From sequence record DRR723986_562: 64,000 nucleotides of DNA; one strand, 5' to 3'. The notes beneath the pieces are model-generated. The model had not been told where the DNA came from. It saw only the letters and a list, made by a program, of their open reading frames with translations, and ran no database searches. This document shows positions 49,153 to 58,310 of this stretch, in pieces (position 1 is the stretch's first letter; the number at the start of each line of letters is the position of its first letter). Position numbers and translations under genes: made by a program.

Positions 49153-50316
49153 TCAATTATCAAACGGATCCGAGTAAATGGGGTTTGTGATTAGATCATA
49201 ATCGGTTAAAGTGCCCAAAAAAGCAATTAGCGCTAACTTTTCGGTATCTGTAAAATTGAATTGCTTAGGAGGCCCTCCGGTTTGAGCATTTGTGGCTAAT
49301 CTATCATCCAAATATGGATGGGCCTGAATGTCGGTTGAATAAAAATCAATTACTTCTTCTAATGTTTGGAATCGGCCATCATGCATATAAGGAGCGGTTA
49401 AACTAATGTTTCTTAATGAAACCGATTTGAATTTGCCCATATCGTCCGCATCTCCAGATATACCACCTATTCCATTATCAACAGGGTTAAGTTGAAGTCC
49501 ATTAATTTCATTTGTTACTCCTCCAAAGTTTTGCGTGGTATGGCAGTGGTTGCAATTAAAATTTCCGCTGAAATACATTTCCATTCCAGTCTTTTCTTCT
49601 TCTGAAAAATAAATGAAATTAGTTGCTAGGCCGATATCGTATTTTGATTTGAATGAGCGAATAGATTGTAAAAATTGAGAAAGTGCCAGTGAAATTCTAT
49701 CTGCGGTGATCACCGAATCCCCAAAAGCTTCTGTGAACAAATTGGCGTAATAAGGTAGTTGAGCCAATTTCAATTCTAAATCAGCTAAATCCATACCCAT
49801 TTCAACCGGATCTTGGATAGGCATCAACACCTGTTGTTCAAGCGTGGTTGCACGTTCATCCCAAAAAAATCTTCTTTGAAAATTAGTATTGACTATAGCC
49901 ATTGAATTCCGACCTGTTAAGGCTCCCTCAAATCCTGGACTTAATGCCAGTCCATCTGAAAAACCCTTATCTTGATGATGACAACTTGCGCAGGATACAG
50001 CATTATTAGCAGATAAATTTTTGTCGTAAAACAATACTCTACCTAATGTAGCGCCCTCATTGGTTATTGCATTATTATTGCCCAAGGTATTAATCAAATT
50101 GAGTAAGGGGTCATCCATAAAATGTTGTGGATATTGAATTGACTCATAATCATAAGGTGTATCAGGAAGAATTGGGAATTGGATGCTGTCTCCGCTTTCG
50201 GTAATTACTGAATCTTCAGAATTTTCAGTTTCTTCGTATGGTTCAATGGTTTTATCTTTTAAGCAGCTTGTAAACGTTGCAATGCAGATAAGCAATATGA
50301 CGGACCGAAGACGCAC
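49153..50316 (-). CDS. Di-heme cytochrome c peroxidase/MauG family lipoprotein
   Basis: Lipobox FTSC; LGRVLFYD..LS; heme motifs CASCH and CNHCH; FFWDERA; TAPYMHDG. Confidence 0.9.
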   Translation of the reverse strand: MRLRSVILLICIATFTSCLKDKTIEPYEETENSEDSVITESGDSIQFPILPDTPYDYESIQYPQHFMDDPLLNLINTLGNNNAITNEGATLGRVLFYDKNLSANNAVSCASCHHQDKGFSDGLALSPGFEGALTGRNSMAIVNTNFQRRFFWDERATTLEQQVLMPIQDPVEMGMDLADLELKLAQLPYYANLFTEAFGDSVITADRISLALSQFLQSIRSFKSKYDIGLATNFIYFSEEEKTGMEMYFSGNFNCNHCHTTQNFGGVTNEINGLQLNPVDNGIGGISGDADDMGKFKSVSLRNISLTAPYMHDGRFQTLEEVIDFYSTDIQAHPYLDDRLATNAQTGGPPKQFNFTDTEKLALIAFLGTLTDYDLITNPIYSDPFDN

Positions 50317-50347
50317 GGTTAAAATTACGAAGAAAATAGATACCGCC

Positions 50348-50707
50348 TTATCTTTTCATTTGGGCTAATCCAGTACCGGCAATTATCAGTCCACCAAAAA
50401 TGGGACCGTACATGATTAAGTAACTTCTGCCTAAATCGAAAAACCCTGAATAAGTACCTACTGTAAAAGCAAGGCCACCAACAAAGAGAAGTACTCCACC
50501 TACAAAAATGTTGCGGCCAATTTCTTTATTGGCTTTTTTTTGTGCTGCTTTTTGAAGATTATTATCAACCGCAGAAAAGACAATTTTTATTTCTTTGTCT
50601 TCAATATGTTCGCGTTCTAGCTGTTTCCTGATGTCTGATAGAGAAAGTCTATCTGAAATAATCTCCTCAGTAAAATAGTCAATTTTTTGAGCCCGATTGT
50701 ACACCAT
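50348..50707 (-). CDS. Hypothetical membrane protein
   Basis: N-terminal helical domain, two C-terminal TM segments with YGPIFGG. Confidence 0.65.
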   Translation of the reverse strand: MVYNRAQKIDYFTEEIISDRLSLSDIRKQLEREHIEDKEIKIVFSAVDNNLQKAAQKKANKEIGRNIFVGGVLLFVGGLAFTVGTYSGFFDLGRSYLIMYGPIFGGLIIAGTGLAQMKR

Positions 50708-50712
50708 TACCT

Positions 50713-51642
50713 TTATTGATAATTAATATCAAGAGGCCCGTACCATGCGGTAGTGCTGTTGTCTATGCAAATAACTCTCACATAAAAATCATATTGCGCA
50801 GGGTAACTTAACCCCGTAAAGGCTATTGTTTTACTTTCAGAGAATGAAGTTGGATTAGAAGTTGGCCCTTGGCCATTATTGACGATATTCACCTCAAAAT
50901 TTTGACAGTTTCCGGGGTCAGAGAAAGTTACTTCAACGCTTGATGGATCTCCAAAAAAGTCATAGTGCATGGTGTAATTCGCATAATCTGGGGCCATGCA
51001 TAAGTTTCTGTTTTGGTCTGCATAAAGCGAGTTTGGACCATTCCACTCACTAAAACCATAACCGTTATTGCAAAAACTTCTTACATAAAAATCATAAGTT
51101 TTTCCTTGCTCTAACATCATCTGATCAAAGCTTTTGGTATTCGTTTGAGCAACAGTTCCTGTTCCCTGTGCAAAACCAATTTCTCCATATTCTACTTCAT
51201 AAAAAGAGACATTGTTATCTTGCGGATTAGGGTCAGCCCAATAGAGTGAATAGGTGCTGGTTGAAACGTTTATTGGCGCTTCTCCACAAAGCGTACCGAT
51301 CAATATAGATTGAATACTGGTCCATTCAGATTCTTTTCCTTTGGCACTGATGGCTTTTGCTCTAAAGTAGTAGGTAGATCCTACAACCAGACCTAATTCT
51401 TCAATAGTTTTTGTTTCATTACCGCCACCATGGCTATAGACAATAGTTTTTTCATTGAGCATTTGCTCATTCTCGCCATAAGATATTTCAACGGAGCTTA
51501 TATTTTTTCCACTCGTTTCAAAATAAAAATTGATATCTGTATAGGCTTGAGAGACTTTAAAATCAATGATATCTGGATCATTTTTTTTACATGAAAAAAG
51601 CATCAGTACGAATGATGCTAGGAGAAAGACGTTTAATTTCAT
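50713..51642 (-). CDS. Fibronectin type III repeat lipoprotein
   Basis: Lipobox LFSC-KK; three FN3-like units (YYFRAKA..SEW, YDFYVRSFC..SEW, YDFYVRVIC..AW). Confidence 0.82.
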   Translation of the reverse strand: MKLNVFLLASFVLMLFSCKKNDPDIIDFKVSQAYTDINFYFETSGKNISSVEISYGENEQMLNEKTIVYSHGGGNETKTIEELGLVVGSTYYFRAKAISAKGKESEWTSIQSILIGTLCGEAPINVSTSTYSLYWADPNPQDNNVSFYEVEYGEIGFAQGTGTVAQTNTKSFDQMMLEQGKTYDFYVRSFCNNGYGFSEWNGPNSLYADQNRNLCMAPDYANYTMHYDFFGDPSSVEVTFSDPGNCQNFEVNIVNNGQGPTSNPTSFSESKTIAFTGLSYPAQYDFYVRVICIDNSTTAWYGPLDINYQ

Positions 51643-51668
51643 TTTGATGTTTTACAGAATCTTATAAG

Positions 51669-51676
51669 CAAAAATA
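51669..51676 (-). promoter_or_regulatory. Bacteroidota -7 box TATTTTTG
   Basis: TAnnTTTG 26 nt upstream of ATG 51642. Confidence 0.5.
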
Positions 51677-51705
51677 GTCCTTTCATAGGAGTAAACGAAA
51701 TTTTT

Positions 51706-52353
51706 TTATAGCGCTTTTAAATCATTTATGGTCCCAGCAGGATCATCCGATTTAAAAACGAAACTGCCAGCTACTAAGGCATGAGCTCCTGCTTCAACTA
51801 AGAGTTTACCCGTTTGTGCGTTTACGCCCCCATCAACTTCAATTAAAGTTGGTGCACCTTTATCCTCAATAAGTTTTTTCAGTTTGGCTACCTTTTGTAC
51901 CGCTGCTTTGATAAAAGTTTGACCACCAAATCCTGGATTAACAGACATAATCAATACAAGATCTAATTCCATAATAATCTCAGATAAAACTGATACTGGT
52001 GTGTGCGGATTTAAAGCTACACCAGCTTTCATACCAGCTGCTTTGATCGCTTGTATCGTTCTGTGCAGATGATTGCAAGCTTCATAATGCACGGTCAAGT
52101 ATTCTGCCCCAGCATCTGCAAATGCCTGAATGTATTGATCAGGATTCACAATCATCAAATGCACATCTAATGGTTTAGTAGCATGTTTAGCCACTGCTTT
52201 AACAGAAGGCAATCCGAATGAAATGTTCGGAACAAAAGATCCGTCCATTACATCTACGTGAAACCAGTCTGCATTACTTGCATTGATCATTTCAACTTCA
52301 CTTTGTAAGTTAGCAAAGTCAGAAGCGAGTAGAGAAGGTGAGATGATAGGCAT
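51706..52353 (-). CDS. rpe: Ribulose-phosphate 3-epimerase
   Basis: SPSLLASDF, HVDVMDG, DVHLM, MSVNPGFGGQ, EVDGGV. Confidence 0.97.
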   Translation of the reverse strand: MPIISPSLLASDFANLQSEVEMINASNADWFHVDVMDGSFVPNISFGLPSVKAVAKHATKPLDVHLMIVNPDQYIQAFADAGAEYLTVHYEACNHLHRTIQAIKAAGMKAGVALNPHTPVSVLSEIIMELDLVLIMSVNPGFGGQTFIKAAVQKVAKLKKLIEDKGAPTLIEVDGGVNAQTGKLLVEAGAHALVAGSFVFKSDDPAGTINDLKAL

Positions 52354-52359
52354 AAGTTC

Positions 52360-53319
52360 TTATTTTAATAAGCTAATAATTTGACTTGCAAGCTCTTCTC
52401 CGATTCGTGTTTGGGCTTCAGTAGTTGCAGCACCAATATGTGGAGTTGAAGCAATTTTTTCATGTTGCAATAAGTCTGCTCTTGGATTTGGTTCGTTTTC
52501 AAAAACGTCTAAAGCCGCCGCTCGTACTTTTCCAGAATCTAAGGCAGCAATTAAGGCATCTTCATCAATTACACCACCTCTTGCAGCATTGGCAAGAATA
52601 ACACCATCTTTCATTTTTGCGAACTCATTTTTTCCAATGACTGCAGAACCATCTGCTTGCTTTGGAACGTGCAATGAGATATAATCCAAATCAGCTATAA
52701 CTTCATCTAAATTTTTAGCACAATCCAATTCAATTTTAACCGAACCGTGACCTTGAATAGGCACTGCGATTGTTGCAGATTCTGTGAATAAATCAACCGC
52801 TTTTACCTTCATTCCGGCCCCTAAGGCATATGATGCCAATGATTGGCCAATTCTACCAAATCCAACAATTCCTAAGGTCTTACCTCTTAACTCTTGGCCT
52901 TTAGCATATTTCTTTTTCAGACTTTTAAATTCGCTTGCACCATTTTGAGGCATTTGCTTATATGAATCAAAAGTGGTTCTTGATAAAGTGAATAAACTAC
53001 CCATTACTAATTCAGCCACAGATTGCGAAGAAGCTGCAGGCGTATTGATCACATGTAAGCCTTTAGAACGAGCGTATTCAACGTCAATATTATCCATTCC
53101 AACTCCGCCACGTCCGATTAATTTAAGACCAGGGCATGCATCAACCACTTCTTTTCTTACAGTAGTGGCACTTCTAACTAAGACCCCAACATATCCTTCA
53201 TTGTTGATGGCATCTATTAGTTGGTCTTGGGGAACATTGGTTGTTGAAACTTCAAATCCACCAGCTTCAAGAGCTGCAACACCTTCTGGAGAGATTCCGT
53301 CATTTGCTAAAATCTTCAT
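52360..53319 (-). CDS. serA: D-3-phosphoglycerate dehydrogenase (short form, no ACT domain)
   Basis: VRSAT, GRGGVGMDNID, GFGRIG, NAARGG, TPHIGAAT; adjacent to serC. Confidence 0.88.
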   Translation of the reverse strand: MKILANDGISPEGVAALEAGGFEVSTTNVPQDQLIDAINNEGYVGVLVRSATTVRKEVVDACPGLKLIGRGGVGMDNIDVEYARSKGLHVINTPAASSQSVAELVMGSLFTLSRTTFDSYKQMPQNGASEFKSLKKKYAKGQELRGKTLGIVGFGRIGQSLASYALGAGMKVKAVDLFTESATIAVPIQGHGSVKIELDCAKNLDEVIADLDYISLHVPKQADGSAVIGKNEFAKMKDGVILANAARGGVIDEDALIAALDSGKVRAAALDVFENEPNPRADLLQHEKIASTPHIGAATTEAQTRIGEELASQIISLLK

Positions 53320-53322
53320 AGT

Positions 53323-54396
53323 CTATCCTTTACGTTGAGCAAAATCGCTCATTAATTCAGTTAATACTTTTACACTCTCAATTTCTAAGGCATTGTACAT
53401 GGATGCTCTAAAACCTCCAACATCTCTATGTCCTTTCAAACCAACTATGCCTGCCGAAGCCCATTCTTTATTGAATTCTTCTGTTAAAGCGTCATTGGTC
53501 ATGACGAACGTTGCGTTCATGTTTGATCGGTCTTCAACGGCCGTTGTACCTTGAAATAAAGGGTTGTTGTCAATTTCATTATAAAGTAAATCAGCTTTTG
53601 CTTGACTTCTTTTTTCCATTTCAGCAACACCACCATTAGCCAACATATGTTTTAAATTCAGCATAGCTGTGAAAACAGGGAATACAGGTGGTGTATTGAA
53701 CATTGAATCTTTTTTAAAGTGCGTATTCAAATTCAAGTATGTTGGGATATTCGGATGTGTTGAATTCCCTAAAATTGATTCTTTTACAATGTATAATGTT
53801 GCACCTGCAGGTCCTAAGTTTTTCTGAGCCCCAGCATAGATGATGTCAAAATCCGCTACATTGATTTGTCTTGAAAAAATATCAGATGACATGTCGCATA
53901 CAACAGGAACATTGGATTTGGAAAACTCCTTCATCTGCGTTCCAAAAATAGTATTGTTAGATGTCAAATGAAGATAATCAAGGTCTTCATTGATGGTGTA
54001 TCCTTTAGGTACATAATTAAAATTCTTGTCTTCAGATGAAGCAACCACTTCAACGTCTAAACCAGCATTTTTTCCTTCTTTAATGGCTTTAGCGGCCCAA
54101 GCACCGGTGTTTATATATCCCGCCTTTTTGTTTTTACCGCACATATTCATTGCAGTAATTAAAAATCCTAAACTGGCCCCTCCTTGGAGATACAATACTG
54201 TATATCCGTCAGGTACATTCAACGCTTTTTTTACCAATGAACGGGCATCTTCCATCACTTGAACGAAATCTGCACTACGGTGAGAAACTTCAAGGATGGA
54301 TAATCCATTAAAATCTAACACTGCGGCTGCGGCTTGTTGAAAAACTTCTTGGGGTAAGATGCAGGGACCTGCTCCGAAATTATGCTTTTTAGACAT
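53323..54396 (-). CDS. serC: Phosphoserine aminotransferase
   Basis: HNFGAGP, SHRS, LQGGAS, NNTIFG, DMSSD, YAGAQKN, FNTPP, GHRDVGGFRASMYNA. Confidence 0.97.
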   Translation of the reverse strand: MSKKHNFGAGPCILPQEVFQQAAAAVLDFNGLSILEVSHRSADFVQVMEDARSLVKKALNVPDGYTVLYLQGGASLGFLITAMNMCGKNKKAGYINTGAWAAKAIKEGKNAGLDVEVVASSEDKNFNYVPKGYTINEDLDYLHLTSNNTIFGTQMKEFSKSNVPVVCDMSSDIFSRQINVADFDIIYAGAQKNLGPAGATLYIVKESILGNSTHPNIPTYLNLNTHFKKDSMFNTPPVFPVFTAMLNLKHMLANGGVAEMEKRSQAKADLLYNEIDNNPLFQGTTAVEDRSNMNATFVMTNDALTEEFNKEWASAGIVGLKGHRDVGGFRASMYNALEIESVKVLTELMSDFAQRKG

Positions 54397-54482
54397 CTCT
54401 TTAATTTATGAGTAAAATACTGCTACAAAGGAATATTATTTTTGAAGAATGGGCACAATAATTTCTGTGAAAGTTTAGATGT

Positions 54483-54491
54483 TTATCAACA
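54483..54491. promoter_or_regulatory. DnaA box, one mismatch (TTATCAACA)
   Basis: In the serC/lgt divergent region. Confidence 0.4.
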
Positions 54492-54548
54492 TTTTAACAT
54501 CATTATAAAATTCGGCAAGAGAATCTAACCTTTAGTGCAACAAATCAT

Positions 54549-54556
54549 TAATTTTG
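54549..54556 (+). promoter_or_regulatory. Bacteroidota -7 box TAATTTTG (lgt promoter)
   Basis: TAnnTTTG 13 nt before GTG 54570. Confidence 0.55.
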
Positions 54557-54569
54557 AAAAAAACAACTT

Positions 54570-55487
54570 GTGACATTATTAGAAATCGTTTGGAATTTTG
54601 AGCCCCGGGTAGTATCAACTTGGGAAATGCCAGTTTGGTATGGTATCATGTGGGCTTTGGGCTTTTTAGTAGGATTAAAAATCTTACAAAAAATGTATGA
54701 ATCTGAAAAAGCGCCAGAGAAATTATTGGATCAATCCTTCATTTATGTTTTGCTTGGAGGAATAATTGGAGCACGATTGGGTCATTGTTTGTTTTATCAA
54801 CCGGGCCATTACTTGGCAAATCCAGTGGAGATTATAAAAATTTGGGAAGGTGGATTGGCCTCGCACGGAGGAGCAATCGGAATTATTATCACCAGTTATT
54901 TACTTACAAGAAAATATACTGACATTACTTTATTGTGGTTGTTGGATAGGTTTGTTGTACCTACCGCCTTTGCTGCTGGATTGATTCGTTTAGGAAATTT
55001 ATTTAATCATGAAATTGTAGGTAAAGCAACTGGTTCTGATTTCGGTTTTAAGTTTTTAAGACATGACATTCCACCAAGTGTTGCATCAGCAACAACTCAA
55101 ACAAATCCTGATGTTCCTGGGTTGGCTTATGATTTAATTGCAAATGATCCAGCATATGCCGAAATATTGGCGAGCATTCCGAATAGATATCCCGCTCAGC
55201 TTTATGAAGCGATCTGTTATTTCGTCATTTTTGCCGTGTTAATGTTTTTGTATTGGAAAACCAACGCAGCCAAACTCCGTGGAATGTTGGCAGGTACGTT
55301 CTTTATAATGCTTTTTGGGGCTCGATTTTTTATCGAATTTATTAAAGAAAATCAGGACGGTGTTGACCAAAACTTACAGGGGTTAAATATGGGACAATAC
55401 CTGAGTATTCCACTTGTTTTAATTGGATGTTATTTTGTGTTTAGAAAAATCAAAAGTCTTAAAAAAGGTAAAGAATCTGAGTTATAA
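54570..55487 (+). CDS. lgt: Prolipoprotein diacylglyceryl transferase
   Basis: WYG, GARLGHCLFY, IWEGGLASHG, RLGNLFNHE, YPAQLYEA, RFFIEF, MGQYLS. Confidence 0.96.
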   Translation: MTLLEIVWNFEPRVVSTWEMPVWYGIMWALGFLVGLKILQKMYESEKAPEKLLDQSFIYVLLGGIIGARLGHCLFYQPGHYLANPVEIIKIWEGGLASHGGAIGIIITSYLLTRKYTDITLLWLLDRFVVPTAFAAGLIRLGNLFNHEIVGKATGSDFGFKFLRHDIPPSVASATTQTNPDVPGLAYDLIANDPAYAEILASIPNRYPAQLYEAICYFVIFAVLMFLYWKTNAAKLRGMLAGTFFIMLFGARFFIEFIKENQDGVDQNLQGLNMGQYLSIPLVLIGCYFVFRKIKSLKKGKESEL

Positions 55488-55520
55488 AAAAAGCTGCCCC
55501 GAAAATGAGACAGCTTTTAA
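55486..55520. terminator. Bidirectional terminator
   Basis: AAAAGCTG...CAGCTTTT stem with A/T flanks between convergent genes. Confidence 0.7.
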
Positions 55521-55537
55521 TTTCGAAAATTAAGTAA

Positions 55538-56947
55538 TTACCTTATGACAAGCTTTTTGGTGATTTGACCGCTTGGACTTGTCAAATTGACAAAATAGAC
55601 TCCAGGAATCCAATCATTGACATCCAACTGAACTTTACCAGATTGATCTAATTGCCTTTGATAAATTGCTTTACCTGAGATATCTATAATACTCATGTAT
55701 TCGGCAGCTTGATAATCAAAAGTAACCTGATCACTTGCCGGGTTAGGGTAGATGTTAAATGTTGCAGCTTCCAGCTCATCAACCTGTACATCTCCACCAA
55801 TGAATTGGATATCATCAATCAATAATTTAGATCCTACAACTTCACCCGCAAAAAAGGTTAACCTCATAGAGTCAGGTGCTTCCGTGAATGTTAAGGGAAT
55901 AGAAAACTCTTGGTATGTAGTATTCAATCCTATAAATGCCTTTACCTCATAAACAATTAGGCCAGAACTTGCATTCCACATTTCTAATAGTGCATAGGCC
56001 GTGTCTATCCCCATTGGAGAATATTTAACTTGACCAACCAATGAATCTGGTTGCGCCCAAAATAAGTCTCCTCCTTCAAAATTTCCACTTGATAAGTTCA
56101 GCGTTCCGTTAGTCACTACTGGAATTAATCCGGTGCTGTCATTAGATGCTGTCATTGAAACTTCTAATGCATAAGTTCCGCTTGCAGCATCAGTTGATTT
56201 CTTTACATAAGACTCTTGATAGAGGTTGTACTGAAGCGGGTCAAAACTCCACCAATCATCTGGTGTATCTAAAGTGGTCACCACATTGTCTTCAAAACTA
56301 TGATTTGGAATTGGAGAAGGTGTTGTCATTGAACCGGTAGTAAAATCAAAAGATACATTATCAATTTCTAACCATGAACCCGGCTTTGCTACTCCAGGAT
56401 TAAAAGGGTCAGAACTTACGAATCCGATAAATACAGAGTCAGGTTCATCCATATTTCCATTGGGAATGTTTAATGTAAATTGTGTCCATGACGTTTGATT
56501 GCCATAAAATTGATAAAAAGCAGTGGCATAAACTACGTGGTTTTTAGATAACTCAACAATACATAAAGCGGTATCTCCGGTTTGAACCCCGCATTTATAG
56601 TAGCCGGATACTGAATTAATGGTATCCGTGTATGGAAAACCGTATAAATCGTTATCTCCTTTTTCTTTTAAAACGTAACCAACAATAGTATCCGTTGTCA
56701 TGCCATCAGTCCAAGTTTGCGTTTCCATATGCATAGCGTAAGTCCCATCTTGAGCACCGGTAACTCTATACGTATTGTTAATATTGGCTCCAGTATAGAT
56801 GAGGTCTGTAGTTGATGTAGCCCAAAATTCAACAGAATCTTTCACGACTGTAGATGTCCAGTTTTCAAAGCTTGCATTACTAACTGTACTTTGACTAAAA
56901 GTCACAGAAGTAATAATTAATCCAAGTAAAAAGTAAAGTGTTTTCAT
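55538..56947 (-). CDS. T9SS type-A protein with two carbohydrate-binding-like (PCMD-like) domains
   Basis: Signal peptide; duplicated NxSFE...GTYA...PDS...IDxV/I unit; CTD IYPNPASD...GVYFV...KKLVIR. Confidence 0.85.
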   Translation of the reverse strand: MKTLYFLLGLIITSVTFSQSTVSNASFENWTSTVVKDSVEFWATSTTDLIYTGANINNTYRVTGAQDGTYAMHMETQTWTDGMTTDTIVGYVLKEKGDNDLYGFPYTDTINSVSGYYKCGVQTGDTALCIVELSKNHVVYATAFYQFYGNQTSWTQFTLNIPNGNMDEPDSVFIGFVSSDPFNPGVAKPGSWLEIDNVSFDFTTGSMTTPSPIPNHSFEDNVVTTLDTPDDWWSFDPLQYNLYQESYVKKSTDAASGTYALEVSMTASNDSTGLIPVVTNGTLNLSSGNFEGGDLFWAQPDSLVGQVKYSPMGIDTAYALLEMWNASSGLIVYEVKAFIGLNTTYQEFSIPLTFTEAPDSMRLTFFAGEVVGSKLLIDDIQFIGGDVQVDELEAATFNIYPNPASDQVTFDYQAAEYMSIIDISGKAIYQRQLDQSGKVQLDVNDWIPGVYFVNLTSPSGQITKKLVIR

Positions 56948-57018
56948 AGTGTAAAAATTTATTTTTCAAATAAATGTCGATTCAAAAAATAAAACCCCTA
57001 CTACTGATGAAATAATTT

Positions 57019-57399
57019 TTATTTCAAATCAAGATCTTCCTCAAAATCTATTTCTTCATCTGGAGAATTAATGATTTCATCTAGGTAGTCTTCAGTGACT
57101 TCACCAGAAGCCTCACTGCCATCAAAACTGTTGTTTGGTGAATTGGTTTTAGACTGAATTAGAAAATAGATTGGGCAAACGATAAAAGACATCTGTATTA
57201 AGAACCACATGGTGCTGTTGATCATGAGATAATAAAGATGCTCATAATTTATCGCTGCGTATAAGATTAAAATAGACGTGCATATTAGACCCAAATAAAA
57301 AAAGATGTCGTTGTTTAATCTCCATGCAAAAACGCTGAAAAGAATGGCAGCAAATCCACACAATACGACTAACAAAAAAACGAATAACGCACCTAGCAT
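57019..57399 (-). CDS. Hypothetical 3-TM protein with acidic tail
   Basis: Hydrophobic N-terminal part, D/E-rich C-terminus. Confidence 0.65.
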   Translation of the reverse strand: MLGALFVFLLVVLCGFAAILFSVFAWRLNNDIFFYLGLICTSILILYAAINYEHLYYLMINSTMWFLIQMSFIVCPIYFLIQSKTNSPNNSFDGSEASGEVTEDYLDEIINSPDEEIDFEEDLDLK

Positions 57400-57434
57400 A
57401 TCATTAAATATACAGTTTTTTTAATCCTCAGTTA

Positions 57435-58310
57435 TTAGAGGATGAAAAGGTTTTGAGGCATTATCTGGATCAAAAATTCATTCGCTCCCTGAAAAGGTTC
57501 ACCATCAACATGATAATAAACTGTGGTGTTGGCGGCGATTTTAATCTTGATTTTATCATGAAAAGAATAACTCTGAAAATACTTTGATTTGTTAATGGAT
57601 TGAGTGAAAAATTTTGTGCCAATTCCCATGGTTTCTATAAATGGAAATTTCTTAATGAGGACGAGCTCCATCTTTTTATCTTGCGTTTTAGATTCCGGTG
57701 AGATGGTAAACCCGTTTCCAAATTGTGAAGAATTGGCCACTGCACATATTAATGCATCCAACACTATTGTTTCGCCATTAATACTTACCTCAAAGGTCAA
57801 TGGCTGGTATTTTTTATATTCTCGGGCGATTAATTTGGCATAACTTAAAAAACCTCTTTTTGGATACTTGTCGAAAAGTTCAGCTATATAGGCGTCAAAG
57901 CCAAAACCTGCTGTTCCAATAAAAAAGGTGTCATTCACATAGCCTGAATCATGAGATTGAGTTTTGAAATTGTTAATACGATCAATAGCTGTTTTAGCGT
58001 TCAGGGGTATTTTCAAATGCCGGGCAAGTCCGTTGCCCGATCCGGCCGGTATGATACCCAACGCACAAGAGGAACCAGCAAGTGCCCCAGCTATCTCATT
58101 GACAGTCCCGTCACCTCCAATAGCTATGATAGCATCAAAGTTTGATTTTTCAGCTTGAGCTATTTCTTCACCGTGTTTGCGATATTCGGTGCTTCTGATT
58201 TCGTAATTATGTTTTGTCAGATGCGTATCAATAAGTGCTGGTAAGTCACCTTTTTTACCAATTCCAGAAATTGGATTGATTAAAAACAATATGTTCTTCT
58301 TTTCACTCAT
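57435..58310 (-). CDS. YegS/DAGK family lipid kinase
   Basis: INPISG, GGDGTVNE, IPAGSGNGLAR, VDGE. Confidence 0.93.
   Translation of the reverse strand: MSEKKNILFLINPISGIGKKGDLPALIDTHLTKHNYEIRSTEYRKHGEEIAQAEKSNFDAIIAIGGDGTVNEIAGALAGSSCALGIIPAGSGNGLARHLKIPLNAKTAIDRINNFKTQSHDSGYVNDTFFIGTAGFGFDAYIAELFDKYPKRGFLSYAKLIAREYKKYQPLTFEVSINGETIVLDALICAVANSSQFGNGFTISPESKTQDKKMELVLIKKFPFIETMGIGTKFFTQSINKSKYFQSYSFHDKIKIKIAANTTVYYHVDGEPFQGANEFLIQIMPQNLFIL

Noticed and set aside
49153-50316. MbnH/MauG-type specialised biosynthetic system
   Set aside because: No precursor, MbnP-like or amine dehydrogenase partner recognisable nearby; treated as a generic family member
52973-53338. 121-aa plus-strand ORF opposite serA
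   Set aside because: Antisense shadow of a conserved gene
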